Below, piece after piece: positions 1 through 13,102 of a stretch of 64,000 nucleotides of DNA. Position 1 is the stretch's first letter. The number at the start of each line of letters is the position of its first letter. The DNA lies in NCBI GenBank assembly GCA_951406725.2, contig OX597816.1, positions 104,098,001 through 104,162,000 of the forward strand, in the 5' to 3' direction. The DNA comes from Octopus vulgaris. Its lineage: Eukaryota. Made by a program: the position numbers and the translations under genes. Below the pieces are notes generated by a model. It saw only the letters and a list, made by a program, of their open reading frames with translations, made no database searches and was not told where the DNA came from.

Positions 1-485
1 AAATATATAGATATGGAAATATTTTATTCTCAAACGCAGAATAATAATGCTGAATAGCATAGAAAATCCTTATATTGCAGAAAAATTTGTTAGCGGCCAG
101 CCATGGGACTCGAACTCACATGTCTGTGATTACTGGTCATAGTGCTTTACCTTTAAGCTAAACTGTCCACTCACAAATTCTTCTGCAATTTTTGAACTTA
201 TAAATATAGCTTAATAAAATATTTTATATCTGTGTATTTCAATACACCTCAACGCTTCTAAAAAAGCAAACTTTGTTTGTTTACATACATCGTGATTTCA
301 TATATAGCATCATTTCATATATAGCTATATTTATGAGCTAAACAATCGCAGAAGAATTTGTTAGTGGGCCGCTAACAATTTTTTCTGCAATATAAGGATG
401 TTCTATGCTATTCAGCATTACTATTCTGCGTTTGAGAATAAAATATTTCCGTATCTGTATATTTCAATACATCTCAACGGTTCTA
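1..485. repeat. Foldback element with nested inverted repeats enclosing a tRNA-like sequence
   Basis: 1-98 is the near reverse complement of ~367-465. An inner inverted pair lies at ~167-190/345-368 and a direct repeat at ~226-260/451-485. The left end may extend beyond the window. Confidence 0.8.
94..168 (-). pseudogene. tRNA-Thr(AGT)-like pseudogene or SINE head
   Basis: Minus strand GGACAGTTTAGCTTAAAGGTAAAGCACTATGA-CCAGTAA-TCACAGACATGTGAGTTCGAGTCCCATGGCTGGCCG has A-box and B-box (GTTCGAGTC) motifs and an AGT anticodon loop, with mismatches in the stems. Confidence 0.6.
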
Positions 486-486
486 T

Positions 487-1425
487 ATATAAATCCCCCA
501 AAATGGAACAAGAACGTAATAGTCGAAAATAAAACATCCGGAGAAATAGACAATACAAAGACGGATATGAAAAACAACAAAAGGGCGGACAGGAATAAAC
601 AAGGATGGATCATTCATTCGCACTTTTCTCTCGTCAGTCAAGTTTCTAAATCATCCTTACGGTTTCGGTTTGAGATTGTTCAAATCTGGCCAGCCCCAAA
701 AAACCTAAGCTAAGAGCATTAAATATTTTGGGGAAAAGCCAGCGGAGTGTACGACAACAAAGACAAAAGCGACAAAAAATGGAGAAAATGCTACACACAA
801 ATGCAAACAAAAAATAACGACAGGTGTCTTTCGACTGATAGTGACGAATCAAATTGAGCTGGTGTGTGTAGAGTGAAAGCCTTGAGGCAGGAACATAGAT
901 GAACACATATCTCTTATATTCCTGTCTCATGACAGGAATATAAGAGATGCTTCGTTTTCGGCAGTCAAGCCAAGAATCAAAGATCATGTTTGCCCGAACA
1001 CAGGTCATGTGAAAGGAAAGGGGAAAGGTAGGGGAAAGATAGATAGAAGAATTTGGGGAGAACGAGAAAGAGAAATAATCAAAGAAACATAGAGAAAGTA
1101 CAAGGGGGACAACGAGGAAAAGTAGGTATATTAAAGAAAGAGAAAGCCAAGAAATATGAGAGAGAGGATCGAGAAGAGGAAAGAAAGATGAAAGTACGAT
1201 GGTGACTAAAAGAAAGAGTAAAAATGTCGTAACAGGCCGAAATTGTAAAGATGACTTGGAAACTTTGCTGACGAGAGAAAACTGCAAATGACCCGTCCTT
1301 GTTTTTTTCCTGTCCGTCCTTTTGCTGTTTTTCATGTCCATCTTTGTATCGTCTATCTGTCCGGATACTTTATTGTCGTTTGTTGCGTTCTTGTTCCAGT
1401 TTTTTAAAATTTATATATATATATA
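487..1425. mobile_element. Non-autonomous element with ~190-bp diverged inverted terminal repeats (Penelope pLTR-like), bounded by (TA)n
   Basis: 487-680 is reverse-complement similar to ~1232-1425, around a purine-rich spacer. Further copies at 8035-8215 and 55460-55545. Confidence 0.65.
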
Positions 1426-2199
1426 TAGCGGCGTACGTACAATTTTGCTCACCTTGTAAGTAAGTATATATATGTACATACATTGTGCGTGTGTGTGTAT
1501 CAGAAAATATGCATAAGTTAAATTAATGAAAATGGAAACAAGCCTACATTTGCATTTTAGCTTGTTTTAATCTTTACAGCTAAGCCCATTCCAGAGCATG
1601 ATGTTTGATTTAACAACTGAATAACAATAAAATCTCACTAAAAATATACTTCCTGTATATGCTTATGCGTCGTCAGTTCGATTGGGAATAAACCTTTCCT
1701 AGTTGTATCATTTCCTAAAAATAAGTCATAAAATTAAATAACTAAACTGGTAGGTATCTAAATCAAATTTTATATAAATAAAGAACCGAAAATTGTAGCA
1801 TAATTGCCTGATTTTGGGTGCAATATATTGCCATGGGAACAAATGAATCCCTGGAAATTTTGTTGTTTACTAATACAGGAATATTTAAGCTATTGGAATG
1901 TTCGTGATAATACATTGTCCGGTCAATGTAAACTTTGTGTTTCAGTTCACGGTTGATGTTGTGTACGGTAGAAATTATTTTATTTCCTTTAGTTGATTTA
2001 ACCCTTCGTGAATTCATGAATGTTATATCTCTCAGTTCTTATTCTCTGAACATAAAATATGTAATCAATTATTACAAGATGTTGTTTCTTACGGATAGTG
2101 AAATGCAAAACATTTCCTTTCATGTATATCTTGAATAATACAATTGTTATCCACTTGTGAGCTGGGCCGCGTTATGTTATGTTTGTATGCTATCAATTC

Positions 2200-3080
2200 T
2201 CAGAAGAACAGTGGTGTTAAGCGATATCTAACAACAATGGATGTAACATACCGATAAGGCGAGAACTCTAGAGAAAATTTGCAAAACGTTATGGAGATAT
2301 TCTGGTATGCTTGCGGTTTATGTGATTTCACAATCAGTCTTAAAAATTCAGTTATGGGGAAAAAGCACTCCAGATCTTCTTGCATAAAGATCAAATGAAA
2401 GACACTAGACATGTATATTATTTCCAGCATCTTGGTTTCACTACTACCGATGACGACAGACAAACTTCTCCGGGATCACAACTTATGTTGGCAATACGGA
2501 TACTACTAGCTTACGACTAATTAAAAAAGTATGCTAGAATAAACATCTCAGAACGTGTACAAGGCCTATATACGCTTCTGTATGGCAGCGACATATGGCA
2601 ACATACTCTTCATAAGAACAAAATCTTCACGAGTTTTAAGCGTATGTATATGTATAATTTTTGTAATGAAATGGTAGTTGAGGATATGCAACTCTGGTGT
2701 ACTTAAGAGAGTTAGATTTTATATCCCTGCTCACTTCTCAGCACCAGTGACGATTTGCATGGTTTGGGCATGGTAGCTTTCCAAAAGTCGTGCTATATGG
2801 ATAACTGACATGTGGGTCGTAGGACAAAAGCTACGAGAATGTGTTATTCAATATGTGTATGTCATGAAAGCGGTCAGCTATTCCTTCACCTGGGAAGCAA
2901 TAGTAGACAAGCGTCCTCTATGAAAAAAAAAAAAAAAGAAGCAATTGTCTTTGCAGGAATTAAGTAGCGGAGCAAAAAAGAACTTTCATAAGGTTTTGAC
3001 GGACGAAGATAAGAACAGCATTCATATTTTCTCATAGAAAATCCTCATACGATATCTACGCATGTAGCATCAGACTTTAT
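2200..3080 (+). mobile_element. Highly decayed RTE-clade LINE 3' portion
   Basis: Frameshifted fragments resemble RTE RT C-terminal motifs: FTISLK..VM (~2325), TLLYGSD.W (~2570), WEA...R..W (~2890). Confidence 0.55.
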
Positions 3081-3942
3081 ATCACAGAACTGCAGCCAAG
3101 TATAAATACAGAGGCTTGAACTTCACAATCATTTTAGAAGTAACCCTTCATCCTTATCTTCTACAGGTGCAAAACTGTGTCTGCAAGGCTAGTGGCTACA
3201 GTATATGCGGCTTCACCGAGAACTCGGGCTATAGACCCAAGGTTCATTCCACAGTAAAACAAAGCATTTTGAGAAAGAGGTATGCTCTACATTTTCTTAC
3301 AATAATGTGTTGATGTATGATAATGGATAGTTTGGTGATGTGATGAAGTTAGCGAAGATAACAATGATGATGATAATGATGATGGTGGTAGTGATGGTGA
3401 AGGTAAAAGTAATAATGGTGATGGTTATGACGGCGGCGGTAGTGGTGCAGTGGTAATTGGATTGGAGATGGTGGTGGTGCGGATGCTTAACATGATAATG
3501 ATGTTGACAATGACAATAAGAAAAGGTATCGGCCGCAAGACATGCCAAACAGAGATACTGAAACAACAGGAAGGAGTAACAAATAATTTCGTAAGACAAT
3601 AGAGCACATTGTACCGAATTGTATCTAGACGCATTATACTGGCTATATAAATATGGATATAAACAAATGCACATATCGGTACATATCGTATAAATGTTTG
3701 TAAATATACATACATGCAAGCATACACACGCACAAGCACACACACAATGGCATTTTGAGGACAGCTCTATATGGGAATGGGAAATAATTTCAAGTATTCC
3801 GAAAAGTTGACGTACCATTAAGGAAAATAACAAGTTTATAACCTTTAAATTAGAAGACAGTCGGGGCAAGTTTTTCTCTCTCAATAGGCGTCATCAGCAC
3901 GACATTTGTCCTAACCTACGCTGGAGCACGCACATATACATA

Positions 3943-4001
<59 letters not shown>

Positions 4002-4104
4002 AGTACGTAGGAATTTAGTCACGAAATCTGCTACGAGTAATACGAAATATACTAAGAACATTATCAGTACTGTCGCTTGGCGAGCGTATAAAATATATCT
4101 AGTA

Positions 4105-4243
4105 CCTATTTCTTTACTACCCACAAGGGGCTAAACACAGAGGGGACAAACAAGGACAGACGAACGGATTAAGTCGATTAAATCGACTCCAGTGCGTAAC
4201 TGGTGCTTAATTTATCGACCCTGAAAGGATGAAAGGCAAAGTC
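4105..4243 (-). mobile_element. Partial tRNA-derived SINE, family 1 (GCCTTTCATCCTTTCGGGGTCGATAAA core)
   Basis: Matches the core and tail of the copies at 36167-37285 and 46003-46401. Confidence 0.85.
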
Positions 4244-4576
4244 ATATCAAGTACCGTGACAGTATGAGAATTGATCTTTAGATAAGTAAAATCTGTGCCT
4301 GTTTCATATAATTTTTCTTGTTTCATAAGCATCGCTTCTCTCTCTCTCTCTCTCTCTCTCTCTCGGCCGAATCGAAGTATATACTAAGGATGACACAGAA
4401 TAAACAGTCAAAATCAATCGATTAATGGATTAATCATAGTCCACATACACAGCCAGGTGGAATCAATGTTTAGGAAACATACACATGTAAAGTTATTCAC
4501 AATGGAGTCAGTCATACACACCCATCCACTGATTCAATTATATATACTTCTTCATACAAGCATATAAATAAACATG

Positions 4577-4619
<43 letters not shown>

Positions 4620-5174
4620 ACGCGTGCGCATACTCACGCATATATATAAATATATACTAGACTACCCGTCACCTGGAAAGTTTGAGTTTCCCAGCAACGG
4701 AATTTTGTTTCGTGGGTTTTTCTCTTATCCTGGTTATTTCGCATGCTTTCAAGAAATGTGATATAGAAATCACGCGTAAATGCCTCCTTCCCTCGGAAAA
4801 CGAAAGATTTGACTGATATTTCCTGCACGCCCTGCTACCACGTAACAGGTATTTCGGGTTCTTCATCGCAAATAGCTGTTACGTCGTAGTAGGGCGTGAT
4901 AGAAATAGCTGCCAAATCTTTGGAGCTGAGATACGTTGACTACACTCGAAAAATCATATGGAAAAAATTATTTCACACCATGGTTACGAACAGGTCTTTT
5001 ACGAAATATTTATCGCATTTTTAAAGTCATTTTCATTTTAAAATATTTTTAAATATGCCAAAAAATCTTTGTAATGGTATTCAATTGAAAATAATAGAAA
5101 AAGCATCAAAACATTGTCTGTTTAAAGAAAGCTAAAATCTAAATGGGGTAATTCATTAAAAAAATTTTTAAAAA

Positions 5175-5408
5175 CGAGGAAAGGTGGTGTAGACAACAAA
5201 TAGTTGTATTAGTTTAACGCTCGTAAAGGGAAAAGTCTTTAACGTTTCGATCCTACGCTCTTCCACAGAAAGGAACACAAAGAAACAAGGAGAGAAAATA
5301 AAGAATGTATAGTGGCTAGCGATCTATCATGGCGAATGCCGGACAGAAGGGTCACACGAGAGCTAGGAAGAAGGATAGATAATAAAGTAGCGGTAATCCC
5401 CAAAACAA

Positions 5409-5441
<33 letters not shown>

Positions 5442-5790
5442 CACACACATATATATACACACACACACATATACACACACATATATATACACATATATAT
5501 ACACACATACACACACGCATATATACACACATACACACACACATATATACACACATATATATACACATATATATACATATATATATAGTTCAAATTTATA
5601 GAAGACAAAGACAAGTGAAGGAACAACAAGCAGATGTATTAGTTTAACGCTAGGGAAAACTGGAGAAGACTTTGACATTTCAAGCCTACTCACTTCGATA
5701 GAAAGAACTGAGAGAAAGAAAACAAAAAATGAAGAGAACAAAAAAAAAAAGAACAGAAAGAAAACGTGTGTAGCGTTTAACGGTTCAATA
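5175..5790 (-). mobile_element. Two tandem Penelope-type terminal repeats with hammerhead-like motif, separated by AC/AT microsatellite
   Basis: Minus-strand CCTTT-CTGTGGA-AGAGCGTAGGATC-GAAA-CGTT-AAAG at 5235-5273, with a decayed second copy at 5668-5705. Both share the downstream GCGTTAAACTAATACA motif. Confidence 0.7.
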
Positions 5791-6169
5791 TGATGAAAAC
5801 AAGAATTCGAAGATCAAACAGACCTTTCACTAAGTACTCCGCCAAGTGCATGGCGAGCAACAATGACCGTGGGTGAGAGTTCGATGAACTTTCATGTCAT
5901 TCTGATATACTGGAGCTGATGTTTTCGACTATCATGAATTATTCTGAATATTGTCCTGTTGCTTTCCTTCTCAGCACCCTTCTATAGATATATATATGGA
6001 TGTACACACGCTTATATAGCTATTCGAATATATAATTATGTGTATATTTTATGTGTTTGTGAATGTTGATGTAATGTCTATCACATAACCAGCAAGATTA
6101 TGAAACAAGTGTAAATGAATGGATTAAACATTTATTTTATCACCTTACTTCTCTTATCTGTTAAATCCA

Positions 6170-6551
6170 TATATGTATATAGTCACTATGAGAATATATG
6201 AACCTCTTACAGGGATAGCTTTATCTAAGATATACTGGTTTAATATATTATATTTTGAAGATATAATTCTTCAATAAATATATTATACAAATATCAAATA
6301 TTATTAAGAAAATGGAGAGATATAATGGATATAAATTAAATTTTAATTAATTAACATTGCCTTCGATCGTTTCGATTTACACTCAATACAAATTACAAAA
6401 TATATATAAGATAATTTTGCATTCTTGAAGATTTTGTGTGCAATATCTTCCAGGCAAAAAGGACATTACAGTATTTACATGTGAATCGGTTGCGGTACTC
6501 TGTTGGAGTAACTCAAACGATTCATTATGTTCATTTTATTTCTCCATTTTC

Positions 6552-6560
<9 letters not shown>
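6170..6560 (-). mobile_element. Decayed Penelope-type terminal repeat with degenerate type I hammerhead
   Basis: Minus strand TTGC-CTGGAAGA...ATC-GAAA-CGATCG-AA-GGCAA (6357-6457), with stem I TTGCC/GGCAA and palindromic stem III. Confidence 0.45.
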
Positions 6561-6614
<54 letters not shown>

Positions 6615-6627
6615 GATATATACAAGC

Positions 6628-6672
<45 letters not shown>

Positions 6673-6685
6673 TACAAACACATGC

Positions 6686-6718
<33 letters not shown>

Positions 6719-6733
6719 CTACTGCACGCATAT

Positions 6734-6848
6734 AGGCTCGAAACGTTAAAGACTTGTTTTATTTATATTTCCTGAGCGCCATACTATACAATTGTTCGTT
6801 TGTTTTCCACCTGCCTTCGTCTTTTGTTTATTTTCATAAAGCTTCCCG

Positions 6849-6852
<4 letters not shown>
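6734..6852 (+). mobile_element. 5'-truncated hammerhead-bearing terminal repeat between (TA)n tracts
   Basis: GGCTC-GAAA-CGTT-AAAGAC plus the family 3' flank also seen at 54230-54330. Confidence 0.7.
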
Positions 6853-6896
<44 letters not shown>

Positions 6897-7089
6897 CTTG
6901 CATGCATGCCTATACGGTCATTTTATATTTGAGTATAATTATATATCACTAACTCTCTCTAATCATGTCTGGACTCTCATATAAGCTATACATTTTTATA
7001 TACATACCACAACAAAGTCACTCACACACCGTCTCAACTTCCGAACCAACTCTCACCACACCTCTCTCTCTCTCTCTCTCTCTGTCTCC

Positions 7090-7157
<68 letters not shown>

Positions 7158-7499
7158 CTCACTGTCTCAAACACCTGCATACGCGCGCATAAGCATGAAC
7201 GCACACGCAAACACACAACAGTCAAGAGCACATATCAACATATTCAGAATTGCATCTAATCACATCCCCTCACCCACCCATCGTTTAAGCTGCAAGCAAT
7301 GGCAAAACAACAACAACAGCAGCAGCAGCAGCAGCAGCAGCAGATTAACGCCATATTCTTCTGACAGAATACTGCCTCCCCCTCCCCCACACTTCACTCT
7401 ACCATCAGTCTGGAATTCTCGACTCTCTACTTCTGACATTTCTTTCTCATATACTATTCCAAAAATTTAAACCACGTTTTAGAAGTTGTAGTCACTCTT

Positions 7500-7524
7500 G
7501 CAAACAACAACAACAACAACAACA

Positions 7525-7562
<38 letters not shown>

Positions 7563-7740
7563 CGCTACAACCGCCATCACTACTACTACTACTATTACCA
7601 CCACCATCACTACAACTACTACTACAACTACCACTACCACCACCATCACTTCTACTACTACTACTACTACTACTACTGCCGCTCTTCTTACGATGATTAT
7701 GATGATGATGATGATAATGATGGAGATGATGATGATGTTA
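7500..7740. repeat. Compound ACA/ACT/ACC/GAT trinucleotide microsatellite
   Basis: Directly visible repeats. The window has many other tracts, e.g. (TATG)n 8553-8705, (TAT)n 12665-12820, (TA/TG)n 17570-18450, (CAT/CAA)n 24196-24850, (TCTA)n 33165-33310. Confidence 0.95.
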
Positions 7741-8034
7741 GTGTGTTCAGTTCCCTCTCCCTCCATCCCCGATAACCTTTGTTAGGAACACATCTGTGCA
7801 GCTATCGACCGATCGGTCAATCGATCTATTAAATTTTCTGTCCAGTATTTTATCCTATATAAGCAAAAAGATAGAAATAATCATATGCACCATGTGCTTT
7901 CTAACATATATTTTCTCGCTGTGTGTGTGTGTCTTTCTCTCCCTTTCTCCTCCTCTCTCTCCCTATTTCTCTCCCTTCTTTCTCTTTCTTTCTCTCTCTC
8001 TCTCTCTTTCTCTGTCTCTCTCCACCCTACATAG

Positions 8035-8215
8035 AGGACAATAAAACATCCAGACAGATAGAAGATACAAAGGCGGATAGGAAAAATAACAATTAGAGGG
8101 ACAGGAAAAAAAGGACGGGTCATTCGTGGCCTTCTTTCGTCAGTCAAGTTACCAGATGACCTTACAGTTTCGGGCAGTTACACTTGAGACTCTTCGATCT
8201 GGTTGCCGTTGAACT
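8035..8215 (-). mobile_element. Copy of the 487/1232 terminal-repeat family
   Basis: Shares AATAAAACATCC..GATAGA..ATACAAAG.CGGAT and TCGTCAGTCAAGTT...CCTTAC.GTTTCGG with 525-670. Confidence 0.75.
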
Positions 8216-9109
8216 CAAACGCTGATTTCAAAAACGGAGACAGTGAAAACTACAAATAATATGGATAGCTTATTAGCAATTTAACAATCCAAAGGCAAAT
8301 TTTTCTTATAAGCTGACAATGTGAGTTGAGTTTAACCCTAGGCGCCGTAATAGCCTCCGATGAAAATTAAGATGCTCTGCACCAAAATTCGAACCCACCG
8401 GTGATCTGGCTATGTTCGCTAAGGAGCGTGCTTCCCTTGTCAGTCAGTAAGATAGTGCTTCTGTGGCTATTGAGTTGTTTTGACTCTTATTTCTAGCAAT
8501 GCTGGTACTACTCAGTACCTCCTGTCACTCTAATGACGTCTATAAATATTAATGTATGTATGTATGTATGTATGTATGTATGTATGTATGTATGTATGTA
8601 TGTATGTATGTATGTATGTATGCATGTATGCATGTATGTATGTATGTATGTATGTATGTATGTATGTATGTATGTATGTATGTATGTATGTATGTATGTA
8701 TGTATAGCAGGAGACAGTTCAGCAATGGAGTGTAACCGTTTTGATCCAATGGTTTCTTACTCTGGCATTTCTCTGACGTGTTGCCAGGTACAGTGTTTAA
8801 GCAAAAAAAGTCAAAATAAAACGTCATCCTCTATCGTTGGGGGAAATCTTCCGAGTAACAAGCTACTAGATCGACCTAAACAAGTGACATACTTTCTCTA
8901 TATGTTCGTTATACATATATGTCTAGGTATACAGATATACATTTTATTATCTTTTAAACAGTTTTAATTTAGCTGTAATCGTAGCAAAATTTTATAATAA
9001 TAGCTAATACTGGTTAGATTCATCATTATCATTCAACACAGGGAGGTCCTTGTTTGTTTTCCATTACCTTTCTATGCATGTGTCCTAAACTAAAATTTTC
9101 ATATTAATT

Positions 9110-9663
9110 CATATACTTTCATAATACATTGTCAGTTTATTGTACTTCAATTTCCAAATTTTTTCACACTCTGCTGATCTGAATTTCCATCCTACTATTT
9201 TAAAAAGCGAGGATACATTTGACAATACAGTTCTTGAATACTTTGACATCGATCAATCTTGAAGTTTATTTAATCGAGCTCTCCTCTTTCTTTCCCTCAT
9301 TCAGTTCTTCCTTCTTTTGTGCTATCTAGATTCTACCCATTCCCAAGTTTTAACATTGTTGCTAACCTAAGAATTTTCGGTAATTCTACTTATTCTCTCG
9401 CTCTTACGTCACATTTTTGTTTTGTCTAGTCACAACGCAAACGATGTCATAAGTATTTTATGTTTCTTGGTTAATCGAGCCGTGAGGTCTGGATTTTGAA
9501 TATTAGAAAATAACGCATCATATTAGCGGAAATTGCCTGAGATGTTTTGTGCACATGCTTTCTCGAGATTTGATGCACATATTATTCTAAAAGAAGCTTA
9601 AAGCTTCCATATGTCCACTATTAGACACATTCGGACTGAAGTGACAGTTGATATATCAACAAG

Positions 9664-9719
<56 letters not shown>

Positions 9720-9809
9720 CTTAAAGCTTCCATATGTCCACTATTAGACACATTCGGACTGAAGTGACAGTTGATATATCAACAAGCACTATATATATAT
9801 ATATTACCG

Positions 9810-9851
<42 letters not shown>

Positions 9852-10403
9852 CTTGTTGATATATCAACTGTCACTTCAGTCCGAATGTGTCTAATAGTGG
9901 ACATATGGAAGCTTTAAGCTTCTTTTAGAATAATATGTGCATCAAATCTCGAGAAAGCATGTGCACAAAACATCTCAGGCAATTTCCGCTAATATGATGC
10001 GTTATTTTCTAATATTCAAAATCCAGACCTCACGGCTCGATTAACCAAGAAACATAAAATACTTATGACATCGTTTGCGTTGTGACTAGACAAAACAAAA
10101 ATGTGACGTAAGAGCGAGAGAATAAGTAGAATTACCGAAAATTCTTAGGTTAGCAACAATGTTAAAACTTGGGAATGGGTAGAATCTAGATAGCACAAAA
10201 GAAGGAAGAACTGAATGAGGAAAGAAAGAGGAGAGCTCGATTAAATAAACTTCAAGATTGATCGATGTCAAAGTATTCAAGAACTGTATTGTCAAATGTA
10301 TCCTCGCTTTTAAAATAGTAGGATGGAAATTCAGATCAGCAGAGTGTGAAAAAATTTGGAAATTGAAGTACAATAAACTGACAATGTATTATGAAAGTAT
10401 ATG
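9110..10403. repeat. Long near-perfect inverted duplication (~560-bp arms) with (TA)n-rich spacer
   Basis: 9110-9670 is the reverse complement of 9845-10403. The only differences I saw were two homopolymer-length changes. Confidence 0.95.
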
Positions 10404-10610
10404 GAGAAAATGTATAGGGATTAACGGTTCATCATGTTGAACCGTTAATCCCTATACATTTTTCTCCATTTTTTCCCCTCTTAATCCTGTCTGTCGAAGA
10501 GCGTAGGCTGGAAACGTCAAAGACTTTCCCATTCTTCCCAAGCGTTAAACTAATACACCTGCTTGATCTCTGATCTGTCTTCGTTTTTGTTTTCTGTAAA
10601 TTTGAATAGT
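10401..10610 (+). mobile_element. Hammerhead-bearing terminal repeat starting with a ~69-bp palindrome
   Basis: Palindrome 10401-10469 centred on CATG, then CTGTCGA-AGAGCGTAGGCTG-GAAA-CGTC-AAAG at 10491-10523. Confidence 0.75.
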
Positions 10611-11304
10611 TAAGAAATCGTAAGGCATTATTTCTGTTAATTAGCCCATCGCTCCCTTACTCATACTCTCTCTCTCTCTCTGTCTGTAGGTGTTTGCGCG
10701 TCTGTGTAGGTGTGTGTGTAGGTGTGTGTCTATAGATGTATGAGTTATATGTACACACACGTGCATGTATATAGGTTTTATCCACGATCATTGCGTCCCG
10801 TGCAACGTGAAACTATCGAATTTGGTAGATACCAAACATGTTTCTGTATTAGGAGTCATACTGACGAACTCTGACCTTTGCTATACACGCTTAGCTAAAC
10901 CACATTCACCGCATTACATTGCTCAAGAACCACTCAAAACAAATTCAAAATAGAGACAAAATCTAAATACACCGTAGTTCAGCCATTCTCTGTGTATTTC
11001 ATGAAACTATCCATAAGAAAGACGAAGTAAACCATCCGGAAAATGCAAACTATTTCGGAAATAAAGTAACAGCAGAATTCGAAGCAAATACTTTTGTTAT
11101 GCGTCGACAGATTTCAACAAAATGTTTACAAAGTGAAATGGCTTCTTTTTTCTTCACGTGGAAAAAGTTTAATATTTCCGTTAGAACACTTCATCAGAGG
11201 ATTTCGCTCGAAATGTTTGACTGCTCTTCTTCCTTACGACTGCACCTGAGTAGTTCTAATGCACCCGAGCACGGTATGTACCAGAGCACTGTATATAAGC
11301 TCAT

Positions 11305-12662
11305 TATTTTTATTATATGTTAGACTTTTGCTTTGTATTTGTACAAGTTGACTCCAAGTCTCACCCAGAGACCTCAAGAGACAAGTTGGAAGTTCAAGTT
11401 GATATTATGACTAGGGTGCCATATATTTGGTTTTGCACAAAGTATTGTTCAAGAGAATGTTTAAGAAAACGTAAGAAACTTATAAGTTTGCTTTAAAATT
11501 TGGGATGACATAGACAGTATTTTACGTATGATATGGGCAGTTCCCATGAGCACTATTTTTTGAATTTCTTCCCGTTTTGGATTTCCTGATATCTGAGCTA
11601 GGTAGCAATCAGCCCCTTTGCTATCATTCCTAGGGCACCTATGACAACAGGTAATGTTTTAGTCTTGAGGTTCTATATTTTGCCAATTTCTATTTCAAGA
11701 TCTTTATACTTGCTCAGATTTTGATCTTGACAGATACACTTAAGTTGAGTGGGACAGTCATATTGATGAAGAGGCAAACTTTTTGTCTGACGACCTTCAA
11801 TATAATATTTAGCCTATTCGCATCTATTTTTCTGCCAGTTTGAACAATGGAGTTCCAGACGAGTGAGATGTGATCAGAGGTAGTTTGTGTGTTTGTACCA
11901 GTTTTTATCATGGTGCAAGTCCAAGTCTTTGCAAATTACCCAGTGCTAGTCTATCCTGCCTGTTGAGATACTCTGTAGGCGCAAGAAAACTGCATATGGA
12001 GACAACATGATCGATGGTCTCATTTTGTTGTTTACATACACATGTTGGGCTACTGCCGTTCTTTAATATGTTGACCTAGTAGCTCCTTGTAGGTAGGCGT
12101 TGATCTTGGGCTGCTATCATAAACCCGTCTATCGCTGATTTTAAACCAGAAGACACTAACCATTCAGGGATAAGGGCTTTGTCAACAACATTATTAGCTC
12201 TCTTTGGGTATTTACCATTGAGAGGCAATCTTCATTGTTATTTCCAGTTGTAAAAGTCCACGACCACCCTCTTTTCTTGGTAGGTAAAGTCGTTCTATAT
12301 CTGCCATAGGGTGGTGCATTCAAGGCATTATCAACAATTTTCGTATTTTTCTGTCAAGATAACATATTTCAGTAATTGATCAGTTAATGATACTGAAACA
12401 GTAAGTTACGACTGGTATGGCTAAAGTATTGATCGCTTCGATCTTGTTTCTTGCATTCAGCTCTGTCTTGAGTACTGCCTTTACCCTGTGATAACTTTCT
12501 CTTCTGATCCTTTCTTTCCCTCATCACTGAATTTTTGATTCCGTCCCCTTCAAATACCCCTAGGTATTTGTAGCTCTCCGCTGGTTCTAATTCCTTTATG
12601 ACGTTCTGCTGGGGAAGATTAATATTGGGTGTTTCTGTCCTTCTTCCTTTGATAAAGGTAGC
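11305..12662 (-). mobile_element. R4/Dong-type non-LTR retrotransposon 3' part with RLE endonuclease, decayed
   Basis: Motifs YKYLG, AAQDQ, NR.NIILK..QKVCLFINMTVP (PD..D RLE-like) and PVVIGALG; TAA-like 3' tail; abuts a (TAT)n tract. Confidence 0.85.
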
Positions 12663-12754
<92 letters not shown>

Positions 12755-12758
12755 GTTA

Positions 12759-12804
<46 letters not shown>

Positions 12805-12819
12805 CATTATTATTATTAT

Positions 12820-13020
12820 CATTCAGTAGTTTTATTTTTATAGCGTGCTTTCACTTCACTACCGAGCGCAGCTCTGTGTGCCTTAGGTATGTGCTGTGAT
12901 TTGTTGTGATGCTCTGATGTTTATTGTGTGGAAAGTGTTCTGCGTAGGATGTGTGCAGTGCCTAGTAGAGCAATTTTCTGTATGTTATATGTGTTTGTAA
13001 GTCCTGGTGTTTTTGTTATG
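12820..13020 (-). mobile_element. R4/Dong-type LINE extreme 3' fragment within a (TAA)n microsatellite
   Basis: Minus translation QKIALLGTAHILRRTLS followed by 3' UTR and a TAA tail. Confidence 0.8.
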
Positions 13021-13102
13021 TATTTGTCTGAATATTTTTATCATTATTATTATTATTATTATTATTATTGATGTTATGCTTTGGTTTTGTTATAACTTAT
13101 AG

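Noticed and set aside
646-1341. 231-aa hydrophobic ORF
   Set aside because: Reads through a low-complexity pyrimidine tract inside an inverted-repeat element; no recognisable domain.
7479-7785. Poly-Thr mucin-like and poly-Val ORFs
   Set aside because: Trinucleotide microsatellite open on both strands with no supporting gene structure.
8120-8185. HDV-like ribozyme reading of the permuted motif (GGTCAT/ATGACC pairing, CGAA)
   Set aside because: No P3/L3 or P1.1 elements, and the pairing is not kept in all copies.
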